From: Nitrosopumilus sp.
GTDB lineage: Archaea > Thermoproteota > Nitrososphaeria > Nitrososphaerales > Nitrosopumilaceae
NCBI GenBank assembly: GCA_965223425.1
Contig: OZ245003.1
Span: forward strand, 960,001-1,024,000
DNA length: 64,000 nt
Direction: 5' to 3'
Within the stretch, counting starts at the first letter, position 1, and every line of letters starts with the position of its first letter. Position numbers and translations under genes: made by a program. Below the pieces are notes generated by a model. The model made no database searches. It worked only from the letters and a program-made list of their open reading frames with translations, and was not told the DNA's origin. Shown piece after piece: positions 47,745 to 57,352 of the stretch.

Positions 47745-49262
47745 ATGAAGCACTACAGTTTGTTGTTGTTGTCAATAATTATTATTACAAGCACCAGTGT
47801 TGCATATGCACAAGGCGCACAACCTTCATTATCACTTGGCGGTTCATTATCGTTTGTTCTTATAAATACAGAATACGTTGATGGTGCTGCGTGTACCTCC
47901 GGTACTGGTGATGCCTTGGATATTACAACTAGTGGAGATGCCATAGATACCAGTAAAGTTGGTGTATACAGCATTACTTATTCTTGCACTGATGGTTCTT
48001 CAGACCCCGTATCTGCTAGCAGAACCATAGTTGTATTTGATAACGTCCCACCAAAAATTACAATAAATGGGAGCGCTAGACAAACAATTAACATCAACGA
48101 CGTATATGTGGACAAAGGTGCTACTTGTCATGATAACCTAGAAGGTATGCTAAGCGTTACAGCCAAAGGTGCAATATTTAGCACTGCATCTAGTAAAATA
48201 CATGATATTGTATACTCTTGCTATGACTCTTCAGGAAACACGGCGCATAAAACCAGAGCCATCTATGTAAACGACCCTTCTCCGGGAGCACCGCTCCCAA
48301 CTAGACCAGTTGATCCGACTTTGCCTGTAATTGAGATATCAGGTCATAATCCAGCTAAAATATTACAAGGCCAACACTATAGTGATGTGGGTGCCAGCTG
48401 TTCTGATAATAAAGGCACAAGTCTAACTGTATACATTTCAGAGTATCAAGTAGATACAAGTACGCCTGGTCAAGGCCATGTAACTTATTCTTGCACTGAT
48501 AAAGATGGCAACAGGGTTGTCAAGACACGAACGGTAACTGTTTCGGATCTTCCGCCGGTAATCACACTAACAGGTGATGCTGTTGTACATGTTCACCTAA
48601 ATACTGACTGGACTGATGTGGGTGCCACTTGTACTGATTCAGGCGGCGCAACGCACCCAACTACTCCTAGAGGAGATACTGTGGATACTGGAGTTGATGG
48701 CGCTTACTCTATAACTTATGATTGCATTGATTCGAATGGCATGCCCGCTGTGCCTGTAACTAGAACTGTAACTGTCTCAGATTATGAGGTACCTGTGGTT
48801 ACCCTAAACGGCCCTGATTATGTCAGGCTAAACATTGGCGACATATATGATGAGCAACGCGCCCAATGTACTGATGATATTGACGCAAACCCCCGTCTTG
48901 TAATTGGTGGCGATACTGTAAGTACATCTGTTGCAGGCCAACATGTTGTAAAGTATCTTTGCATAGATGACGCAGGAAACGAGGCAAGCCTTCATCGTAC
49001 CATACACGTTTATGATCGTTCTGCGCCCTCAATTACAATGAATGGCCTGTCAGAGGTACGCGTGAACGTCGGTGATACATATGAGGACGCAGGCGCAACT
49101 TGTTATGATGGTGTAGATGGGGACCTATCAGTAATGACGATTGGGCTACCAATCAGTACAAAATATATTACCGCCACATATCCATATGACGTAGTTTACA
49201 TATGCTTTGACTCTAATTCCAATTATTCAATTGAGACTAGACTGGTGCATGTAGTCCAATGA
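47745..49262 (+). CDS. Secreted protein of about six tandem DUF5011-like Ig domains
   Basis: Signal peptide ending AYA-Q; repeated PVITLxG...YxDxGAxC...VDT...YxCxD...RTV. Confidence 0.85.
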   Translation: MKHYSLLLLSIIIITSTSVAYAQGAQPSLSLGGSLSFVLINTEYVDGAACTSGTGDALDITTSGDAIDTSKVGVYSITYSCTDGSSDPVSASRTIVVFDNVPPKITINGSARQTININDVYVDKGATCHDNLEGMLSVTAKGAIFSTASSKIHDIVYSCYDSSGNTAHKTRAIYVNDPSPGAPLPTRPVDPTLPVIEISGHNPAKILQGQHYSDVGASCSDNKGTSLTVYISEYQVDTSTPGQGHVTYSCTDKDGNRVVKTRTVTVSDLPPVITLTGDAVVHVHLNTDWTDVGATCTDSGGATHPTTPRGDTVDTGVDGAYSITYDCIDSNGMPAVPVTRTVTVSDYEVPVVTLNGPDYVRLNIGDIYDEQRAQCTDDIDANPRLVIGGDTVSTSVAGQHVVKYLCIDDAGNEASLHRTIHVYDRSAPSITMNGLSEVRVNVGDTYEDAGATCYDGVDGDLSVMTIGLPISTKYITATYPYDVVYICFDSNSNYSIETRLVHVVQ

Positions 49263-49470
49263 TCCACCTGTCTCATAACTATGCCTAAACTGTGAAAAGC
49301 AAGGTGAATTTCGTGCTTGAAATCCGAGTTATGAAACAGACCACAATCTTTAGAATATTAATACCCAACACACGATAACACAACAGAATCGGTTTTAATG
49401 GTGTCTTAAAAGCAATTAGCGGTAATTTAGCAAAGTAATTTATGGAATTAATTTACAATCTAACTAAACA

Positions 49471-51291
49471 TTGTCAAAAATTGTCGCTGATACTAGTGTT
49501 ATAATTAACGGCCAATTAATTGCCCAAATAGAAGCAGGCTCGATTAAAAATTCTGAAATTATAATACCCCAGGCAGTTTTTGATGAATTACAATCCCAAG
49601 CTTCTAATAAAAAAGAACAGGGATTTGTAGGATTAGAAAAAATTCGAAAGCTCAAAAAACTGTCTGGAAGCCACGGTTTGGAGATTGTTTTAAAGGGGCC
49701 ACATCCATCAACTGATGACATTAAACTTGCTGGGAGTGGTAGAATTGATGCACTCATTACTGATATGGCTAAACAAAATGATGCTATTCTTTACACCTCA
49801 GACAACGTACAACACCTAGTATCTCAAGCAGAAGATGTGGAAACAGTTTTTCTTAAATCCATAACAAAACATGAAAAATTGGAATTTCTAAAATTTTTTG
49901 ATGCTAAAACAATGAGCATTCATTTAAAAGAAAATCAACACCCTTTGGCCAAAAAAGGAAAGCCGGGTACTTTTTCGCTTGCTAGGATTAATGATGAGCT
50001 GCTTTCAAAAGACTATTTAGAATTGATTTCATCACAAATACTGGACGCGGCAAACGTATCTGATTTGAGCGCGATTGAAATATCCAAAACTGGAGCCTCG
50101 GTAATCCAGCTTGATGACTATCGCATTGCTATAACTCATCCCCCCTTCTCCGAATCTTTTGAAATAACAGTAGTTCACCCGATCGTCAAATTGTCCCTTG
50201 AGGATTACAAAATTTCTGATGAACTGATGAAACGTTTTTCTGACGGAGCTGAGGGAATTGTCATTTCTGGCGCTCCTGGTTCTGGGAAAAGCACTCTTGC
50301 CTCGGGACTTGCTAATTTTTATCACGGCACTGGAAAGATTGTTAAAACATTTGAATCTCCGCGTGATTTACAAGTTGATCCTGGAGTTACTCAATACAGT
50401 AAACTAGATGGAAGTTTTGATAACACTGCTGATATCTTGTTACTTGTTCGTCCAGATTATACAATTTTTGATGAAGTGCGAAGGCGGGAGGATTTTAGAA
50501 CGTTTGCCGACTTGCGATTAACGGGAGTTGGGATGGTTGGCGTGGTTCACGCAAATTCACCAATAGATGCAGTCCAGCGTTTCATTGGAAAGGTTGAACT
50601 CGGTATAATTCCGAGTGTGCTGGATACTGTAGTCTTTGTAAAGGATGGTAAAATTGAAAAAGTCTATGATTTGGAGCTGAAAGTTAAAGTTCCTTCTGGT
50701 ATGACTGAGTCTGATCTGGCTCGACCCGTTATTGAAATAAGGAATTTTGCAGACAACGTACTGGAACACGAAATCTACACGTTCGGAGAAGAAAACGTCA
50801 TTGTTCCAATTGCTAAACGGTCTTCAAAAATTGGAATTGAAAAACTGGCCGGAGACAAAGTGCGAGAAGCCTTCCAAAGATATGATCCTCGCGCTGAGGT
50901 TGAAATTTTATCTGATGACCGAGTCAAAGTTTTCGTAGATGAACAATGCATTCCCTCAATTATAGGAAGAAGGGGCGCCAACATTAATGACATTGAAAAG
51001 TCTCTTAACGTTCACATTGATGTTGTTCAAAGGGACTCTGATAACACATCACAAATAACAGATGAGCTGCCTTTTACTTTCTCAGAATCAAAGACTGCCT
51101 TGCTTCTGACTGTTAATAGAGAATATACTTCGATGCATGCTGATGTCTTAGTTAATGACAAATATGTTACATCTGTACGTGTTGGAAAGAAAGGCCAGAT
51201 AAAAATTCCAAAACGGTCAGATGTTGCAAGAAATCTTATGAACCTTGCATCCTCTCAAAATGATATTCAGCTTTGCCTCAAAGATTTTTAA
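49471..51291 (+). CDS. PINc/VapC-domain ATPase with KH domain (PINA-like)
   Basis: IVADTS PIN start, GAPGSGKST, ESPRDL, DEVR, IIGRRG. Confidence 0.9.
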   Translation: MSKIVADTSVIINGQLIAQIEAGSIKNSEIIIPQAVFDELQSQASNKKEQGFVGLEKIRKLKKLSGSHGLEIVLKGPHPSTDDIKLAGSGRIDALITDMAKQNDAILYTSDNVQHLVSQAEDVETVFLKSITKHEKLEFLKFFDAKTMSIHLKENQHPLAKKGKPGTFSLARINDELLSKDYLELISSQILDAANVSDLSAIEISKTGASVIQLDDYRIAITHPPFSESFEITVVHPIVKLSLEDYKISDELMKRFSDGAEGIVISGAPGSGKSTLASGLANFYHGTGKIVKTFESPRDLQVDPGVTQYSKLDGSFDNTADILLLVRPDYTIFDEVRRREDFRTFADLRLTGVGMVGVVHANSPIDAVQRFIGKVELGIIPSVLDTVVFVKDGKIEKVYDLELKVKVPSGMTESDLARPVIEIRNFADNVLEHEIYTFGEENVIVPIAKRSSKIGIEKLAGDKVREAFQRYDPRAEVEILSDDRVKVFVDEQCIPSIIGRRGANINDIEKSLNVHIDVVQRDSDNTSQITDELPFTFSESKTALLLTVNREYTSMHADVLVNDKYVTSVRVGKKGQIKIPKRSDVARNLMNLASSQNDIQLCLKDF

Positions 51292-51742
51292 AATTTTCAA
51301 TTATCTTGGGATTTGCTTTAAGAAAAGTAATGAATTTTCTTAACTGTTTTATCGTTTTTGGATTTAAATGATGCTCGATACCTTCTGTATCTTGATTTGC
51401 AGTATCATACCCCACTCCTAAAATTTCAAAAAATTCTAACAAAATTCCGTGTTTTTGTCTAATTCCGTCTGCTACTTGTGAGCCTTTGCCTGTAAGATTA
51501 ATTCCGTGATATTTTTCATACTCTAAAAATCCTCCTTCATCAAGTCTTTGCAGCATCTTAGTTACGCTTGGCGCACTAACTCCCATGTATCTTGAAATGT
51601 CTAACGTGGTTGCGTAACCCTTCAATTCAACTAGTTCTGAAATTATTTCCAAATAGTCCTCCATTCTTGTACTTGATTGGGTTCTTTCTGATTGGTGTGC
51701 TGCTTTTATTGAATCTAGCCTCTTGGAGTTTTTAGATTTCAT
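51278..51742 (-). CDS. DtxR/MntR family metal-dependent regulator
   Basis: MEDYLE, VSAPSVTKMLQRL, KHGILLEF, IEHH. Confidence 0.9.
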   Translation of the reverse strand: MKSKNSKRLDSIKAAHQSERTQSSTRMEDYLEIISELVELKGYATTLDISRYMGVSAPSVTKMLQRLDEGGFLEYEKYHGINLTGKGSQVADGIRQKHGILLEFFEILGVGYDTANQDTEGIEHHLNPKTIKQLRKFITFLKANPKIIENFKNL

Positions 51743-51877
51743 CTAATCTTTGTATCTAAATTCAATCTAGTATAATTGAATGTCTTTTCAACTAGTTTTA
51801 GTTATTCTTTGTTGACTTGGATGTAACCGTAATTGATCTTTGAATCTTAACTAATCTCTTCTAAATTACAGGCTGGA

Positions 51878-52228
51878 ATGGCTGATCCCCTAAAGGCACG
51901 ACTAGAGCAATTAAAGAAGTTCTCAGATTCTGCTAAACGTAGAGCGAATTTGTATGCTGAAATGACTCAGATGGATAGCAAGCATACTGCAAATTCATTG
52001 GGCGCCTTGCAGAAAGCTCCCGCACCTGGCAAAAAACTTCAAAAAATTGGGTTTTTGATGTTATGGGTTCCTGAACCTACCGGTGTTACTTGCGCAGTTG
52101 GCGGCCCTATGATCGTTGCAGGGAGATATCTTGACAAAAAATACAACGGCGCTACCATTCATGATATTGGTCATGAAACAAAAAATACACTTTCATCAAT
52201 TAATGATTTTAAGAATTCTGTAATGTGA
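51878..52228 (+). CDS. Hypothetical protein
   Basis: 116-aa ORF with PEPTG hydrophobic hairpin. Confidence 0.65.
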   Translation: MADPLKARLEQLKKFSDSAKRRANLYAEMTQMDSKHTANSLGALQKAPAPGKKLQKIGFLMLWVPEPTGVTCAVGGPMIVAGRYLDKKYNGATIHDIGHETKNTLSSINDFKNSVM

Positions 52229-52758
52229 CACTCTTAGTTTTTAAAAGGTTCAAACTAAACCAACTTATGACAACTAGAACTCAAGTAATAATTCCTATCT
52301 TCATTGCTGCAGTAATAGTGGGCATCGTTGGTATGATATCGCTTCCAAGTGATAGTAAATTAGAGTCTGTCGAGTTTCCTAGAGGTACAATTAAGGTTGA
52401 TGATGTCCCTCTTCAGGTACAAATCGCAGATTCGGAACCCAGACGTGTCCGTGGATTAATGTTCCAAGATCCGTTACCTTATGATCAAGGAATGATCTTT
52501 GTATTTGATCAACCCGGCTTACACTCACTATGGATGCTTAACATGCAATTTTCACTTGACATGATTTGGTTTGATAAAGATGGCAAAGTTGTGCATATAG
52601 AAACAGATGTTCCTCCATGCAAAACTGCTTTAGAAATCGCGGCTTGTCAAAGTGTCGTGCCTGATGCTGAGGCAAGTTATATTTTAGAGGTTACCTCTGG
52701 GTTTGTTGATCAAAATAACATCACAAAAGATTCAGTTTTGAGCATAATCTCAATTTAG
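52225..52758 (+). CDS. DUF192 family protein
   Basis: RGLMF, GMIFVF, WMLNMQFSLDMIW, ILEV; start likely ATG 52267. Confidence 0.88.
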   Translation: MTLLVFKRFKLNQLMTTRTQVIIPIFIAAVIVGIVGMISLPSDSKLESVEFPRGTIKVDDVPLQVQIADSEPRRVRGLMFQDPLPYDQGMIFVFDQPGLHSLWMLNMQFSLDMIWFDKDGKVVHIETDVPPCKTALEIAACQSVVPDAEASYILEVTSGFVDQNNITKDSVLSIISI

Positions 52759-52799
52759 AATTGCAAAACCTTATCTTTGAATGTACTAATTTGTAATTT

Positions 52800-53432
52800 A
52801 TGAACAAGTTTGTCATTCCAATCTTAATTGGCGCTGTAGCTGCCGCCTCTGTATCTTTAATTTCTGTTTATGAAGAACCTTCTAAAGTACCATCAAACCC
52901 AATCTATGATGCTGGTTTCACTTATTATGATATTGAAAGAATTCAAGAAACTTTGGCAGAACAAAACATCGTCGTGTCTGCACCCACGGCAATTACTGAT
53001 CAAACCATAGGTCAATACTGTACATACTTTGATGGTAGTCTTCCTAGGACAGTCGACTATTGTACTACCACTGCTGTGTTGGACTTTGAAGGAAACGCTA
53101 TAGGGAATATCAACATTGGCGGTGACACAAATTCACCAATTATGGCAGTGGCTAATCTTGAAACTGCAACTTTGGAATCAAATAAAGCTGAATCTCTTGC
53201 AATATTTGAGACTATGATTGAGACACTTGTTTGTGACTGTTGGGAAGAAGAGAAAGCAGATGATGATATTGAATCCATTCCCGCCTGGATAGATCTTGTC
53301 CACAAATTTTACTATGACTCTGGCACACGTGGCATTACGTCCCAAGTTGACGATTTAGGAAGTTCTGTAATAACCTTGGAAATCACACCTAAGGAAAAGT
53401 CCATCTTACAGACATTAATTATTCTAAAGTAG
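52800..53432 (+). CDS. Hypothetical secreted/membrane-anchored protein
   Basis: N-terminal hydrophobic segment; CDCW motif. Confidence 0.7.
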   Translation: MNKFVIPILIGAVAAASVSLISVYEEPSKVPSNPIYDAGFTYYDIERIQETLAEQNIVVSAPTAITDQTIGQYCTYFDGSLPRTVDYCTTTAVLDFEGNAIGNINIGGDTNSPIMAVANLETATLESNKAESLAIFETMIETLVCDCWEEEKADDDIESIPAWIDLVHKFYYDSGTRGITSQVDDLGSSVITLEITPKEKSILQTLIILK

Positions 53433-53473
53433 CCTAATTATATACGGCAGACTTCTTTGATTGACGAATTACA

Positions 53474-54244
53474 ATGATTGATCAATTGTGGCTAATTCCT
53501 TTAGGGTTTGCTGCTGGAATATTGGGTTCTGTGATTGGATTGGGTGGGGGAATTATTGTTGTTCCTGTGTTGATATTTTCGGGGTTTTCCCCAACGGCTG
53601 CTGCAAGTAACAGTCTCTTTGCCGCATTAAGCAATGCTATAGCATCAACTATCTCTTATTCTAAACAAAAAAGAATTGAATATTCATTAGGCATAAAATT
53701 AGGATTGCTCTCAATTCCTGGAACCATTTTGGGCGCAATAATTTCTACTGATGCAACTCCGGGCATTTTTAAAATATTGTTTGGACTGGTATTGATTGCA
53801 TCAGCAGCTTATATTTTTTTGAGAAAAAAATTCGAGAGCAAAGACAGGACATTATCCAAACAAATGATTGTGTTTGCAATCGGCGCTAGCTTTTTTGCAG
53901 GAATCATTTCTTCATTTTTTGGGATAGGCGGCGGGACTGTCTTTGTTCCATTAATGGTAGTTGGAATGGGAATGGCCATGAAAAAAGCTGCTCCCACTTC
54001 TCAACTGATCTTATTGCTTGCATCACTGTCTGGTGTGATCGTTCATAGTCTTTTGGGACATCCTGATTTTCTTCAAGCAGGATTTTTGGCAATTGGCTCA
54101 TTTTTTGGTGGATTGCTTGGAGCAAGATTATCGCTAGATATCAGAGAGCGTTATTTGCAAATCATAGCGTCTGTTGTAATTTTGACTGCAGCTGTAAAAT
54201 TGTTCTTTGATTCGGCAACTGAGAATCCTATGTTGGGTTTTTAA
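53474..54244 (+). CDS. Sulfite exporter TauE/SafE family
   Basis: Duplicated GxGGG motifs, about 8 TM helices. Confidence 0.88.
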   Translation: MIDQLWLIPLGFAAGILGSVIGLGGGIIVVPVLIFSGFSPTAAASNSLFAALSNAIASTISYSKQKRIEYSLGIKLGLLSIPGTILGAIISTDATPGIFKILFGLVLIASAAYIFLRKKFESKDRTLSKQMIVFAIGASFFAGIISSFFGIGGGTVFVPLMVVGMGMAMKKAAPTSQLILLLASLSGVIVHSLLGHPDFLQAGFLAIGSFFGGLLGARLSLDIRERYLQIIASVVILTAAVKLFFDSATENPMLGF

Positions 54245-54308
54245 CCTCAAATTTTTTCTTGTGCTTTTATAGTAATCTTGTAATTAATGGTGTCCGTTAG
54301 GTCTGACC

Positions 54309-55384
54309 GGGGTTGTCGCCAAATTCGACCAAATGATCTAATTTTGTGATTTTTCACGCATATTGATCAGGGAGGTGTGGGTTTCCCAATGACTTACCAT
54401 AAGAGACGTGATCAGTACTGGAAGTACTATCACGATGCCCACACCCGAGAACTGGATTTTCTCACGTCCCATATAGTTTCTTTGATTGATTGTGGAGAAT
54501 CCGTGTCCCGTACATGCCAGAAGGTCTGGTGCGGGGCGCAAACCGGTACATGACAAAAACAAGCTTGCATTTCTCTGCATACTCACGGTGTGCCTTGACT
54601 TTACATTCAGGGACATGGAGAATCTTGCAGCTCTGCTGAGGATGCCGTGGAACGAACCCCTGCCGGATCACAGCACCATTGCCAGGTTCATGCAAAAGAT
54701 TCCTGTTGCGTGGCTTGAGGACACGGTTGCCGTCACGGCAGCATCGTGCCTTGCAGGATTTGATGCCTCTGATCTCACGCTGGCATCAGACAGCAGCGGC
54801 GTTGCCACTGACAGGTATGAAAGGGTGCAAAAAAATGCCAGAAACAGGCACAACAGGAGGCAAAGCGTCAAAAGAAATACCTGAAATAGCACGTGGCCTC
54901 GGTACTGGGCCTGCAGGTCATACTCTCCTGCCGCATCACATCCAACAGGATGGCAGACACTACAGTCTTTGCCTCGCTGCTAAAGAAGATCAAAAAGACA
55001 GGCATTGCCTTTGCAGGCAGGTTCAACGCAGACAGGGGGTATGACTCTGATAGGAACTGCAGGCTTGTCTTTGGTGCCGGCATGACCCCGAACATAAAGC
55101 AGAGGGGCAATGCCGTGAACAGAACAAAAAAGTTCAGGAAAAAGGCCGCAGGGCTGTTTGACGGGGAGATCTACAAAAAACGAGGCATGATAGAGGGAAT
55201 ATTTGGAGCAGAGGAGACAGAGGGCCACAGGCTGCTGTGCAGGTTCAGAAAGACATCCACAAGAAGGCGGTTTGGACTGTGCAAGACAATAGGATGGAAC
55301 CTTGAGGTGTTAAACCGTTTGGAGTGCGCCGCAAGGCGAAATATTCAGGTGGTGGCAGCTTGATGTGAATTTGGCGACAACCCC
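54309..55384 (+). mobile_element. IS5-family insertion sequence
   Basis: Perfect 18-bp TIRs GGGGTTGTCGCCAAATTC (54309-54326, 55367-55384); no TSD visible. Confidence 0.88.
54486..55363 (+). pseudogene. IS5-family transposase, split (frameshift plus in-frame TAG)
   Basis: PDHSTIARF, DSSG, then KYLK*H in the -1 frame, ADRGYD, YKKRGMIEGIFG. Confidence 0.8.
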
Positions 55385-55587
55385 TGCTGTACAACCTGTG
55401 GAGGATTGCCAGGTTCTGCCTTGATGCAGGAAAGAGGCATGGAAGAGTATCTTCTGCAGGAAAAAAACTCACCATGGTGTTGTTTATTGTGCATATTACA
55501 AGCAGAAACGAGTTGTTTGTCAATGATCGAGGCAAGTAGAACCGATGCTAGTTGTGGTTGCGGTAAATCTACATCTGGGAACTACTG
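55384..55587 (+). mobile_element. Right-end fragment (~200 bp) of the ISH3 element seen at 38487-39852
   Basis: Closely matches about 39649-39852 and ends in TIR AAATCTACATCTGGGAACTACTG. Confidence 0.92.
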
Positions 55588-55636
55588 ATATGATAGTCTT
55601 CTTGTGGACATCCAGGCCGACAAAGACAGATGACAT
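55588..55636 (-). pseudogene. IS110-family recombinase 5' fragment
   Basis: MSSVFVGLDVHKKTII, the first DEDD motif (GxDxxK), cut exactly at the ISH3 TIR. Confidence 0.65.
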
Positions 55637-55810
55637 GCATATCCACGGATCTGGGGTTGTGTGTTTGTTTGCATTTCTGATCTTTGCAGTACTAGCTCTG
55701 TTTTTTGAACCAGAACCATTCCTATCATCTAATTTCCTTGATCGAGGCACGTAAGATTACACTAAAAACAAAGAATCAGTTTAATATGATAAGTTATACA
55801 AAAAAATTCA

Positions 55811-57352
55811 ATGATAGGTAAAACAATGTTAGGATTAATAGTCTTGGCAATCGGATTAAGTACAATTCCTGCATTTGCAGAGACGGAGATACTATCGCCA
55901 TTAGCACAATATAGTCAAGGAGCATCTATACAAGAAATACAGTGCAGGGATTCAAAAGTACTCATGGAGACAACGCGCGGAACACCTGCATGTGTAAACG
56001 AAGAATCCGTGCAAAAGGTCCAGCAAAGAGGATGGGTTGCAGTGCCGGCATTACAGCAGGATGACACTGAGATTCTAGACATACCAACTGAGATCTCTAC
56101 AAAAAAGATAACCACTGGCAACATGAATAATACATATGACGGGATATATGAGCTTGGCCCAATGGCAGATTTTTGGCCGCAATACAGCCTTACCTTTCCT
56201 GAGCAAGTCATAGTCGGGGAGCAATTTGAGGTCGTACTGGATTACACCTTTGTCATACCCTCTGAGGAGGAAGACGATGACGGCGTAGAGTTTCTAGACT
56301 ATGAAGATCCTGAAAAAGTATGTAGTGAAGGATGCTTGGAATACTGGATCTCTACAGATTCAAAGTTCCACATAGGTAGAAATGCATATGTTGATCTTCT
56401 AAACGATACAGACTATGTGTTGCATGGCATTGCAAACGATACCAGATATCTTCCAATCAGAGCATTTGAACACGGTACTATGTTGCCACTATTTAACAAC
56501 ACACAGCCACATCAAAAGACATTCACGTTTGTAATCAACGAACCAGATACAGAGTATCCCTTTGGAGAGATACGCATAGATTTTAGTGGTGACGGAGGAG
56601 GATGGATTTACTTTTACGTGGAGCCAGGCAATACGGTTCGTCTCAGCGATGAGCCAATCATTGTTACAGGCGAAGGTGTTCCACAACTAGTAATGAATCA
56701 CCCTACTAACTCTACTGCAAAAACTCTTCCTCAAGACCCATTAAGTGGCGTAGATGACCCAAAAAAATTAATGCATGAACTAGCAGCGTTCTTCGAAGAG
56801 TATTATTCAGAAGGTGATGTAGAGGCGGAATTGCGACTATCAAACTTTACAGATGCATTCATCGACAGGTTCTTTACACTATATCCAGACCTGAGGACAC
56901 AATCATTTGTTCCATCTCTACAATTCATACTGCCATCTGTATATGCCCAATCCAACCCCACTTCTTTTGTTTATGGAAATGCGTATTATTATGATCTAGA
57001 TAACAGCAAGGTTCTCTTAAAAAATACAGAAATATGTGCTTACACAAAAACTTACCAAACTTATAATCAAGTTATGAATGGCCGAACACATGTATGTGAT
57101 AAAACAGATGCATCTGGTTCCTTTTCGTTGGTCGGTGTCCCGCAAGGCATTAACTTGTATCTGGGGGCACATACTGAGGGAGATGACATCAAAGTTGTCA
57201 AAAACAATAATCTAAATTTACATATTTACTATGCTCCAACTTTTATTTCAGTCAATAGCGGCACAATAAATGCAGGTGACTTTACATTACCTTCAAGTGG
57301 AATACAATCGCTTGCGTTTAAACTGCTAGGAGAGCTTGAGGTAAGAGGCTAG
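55811..57352 (+). pseudogene. Secreted thaumarchaeal protein truncated by IS66
   Basis: Signal peptide ending AFA-E; SPLAQ...C...PACV...RGW N-terminal module; last codons VRG* come from the IS66 TIR. Confidence 0.75.
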
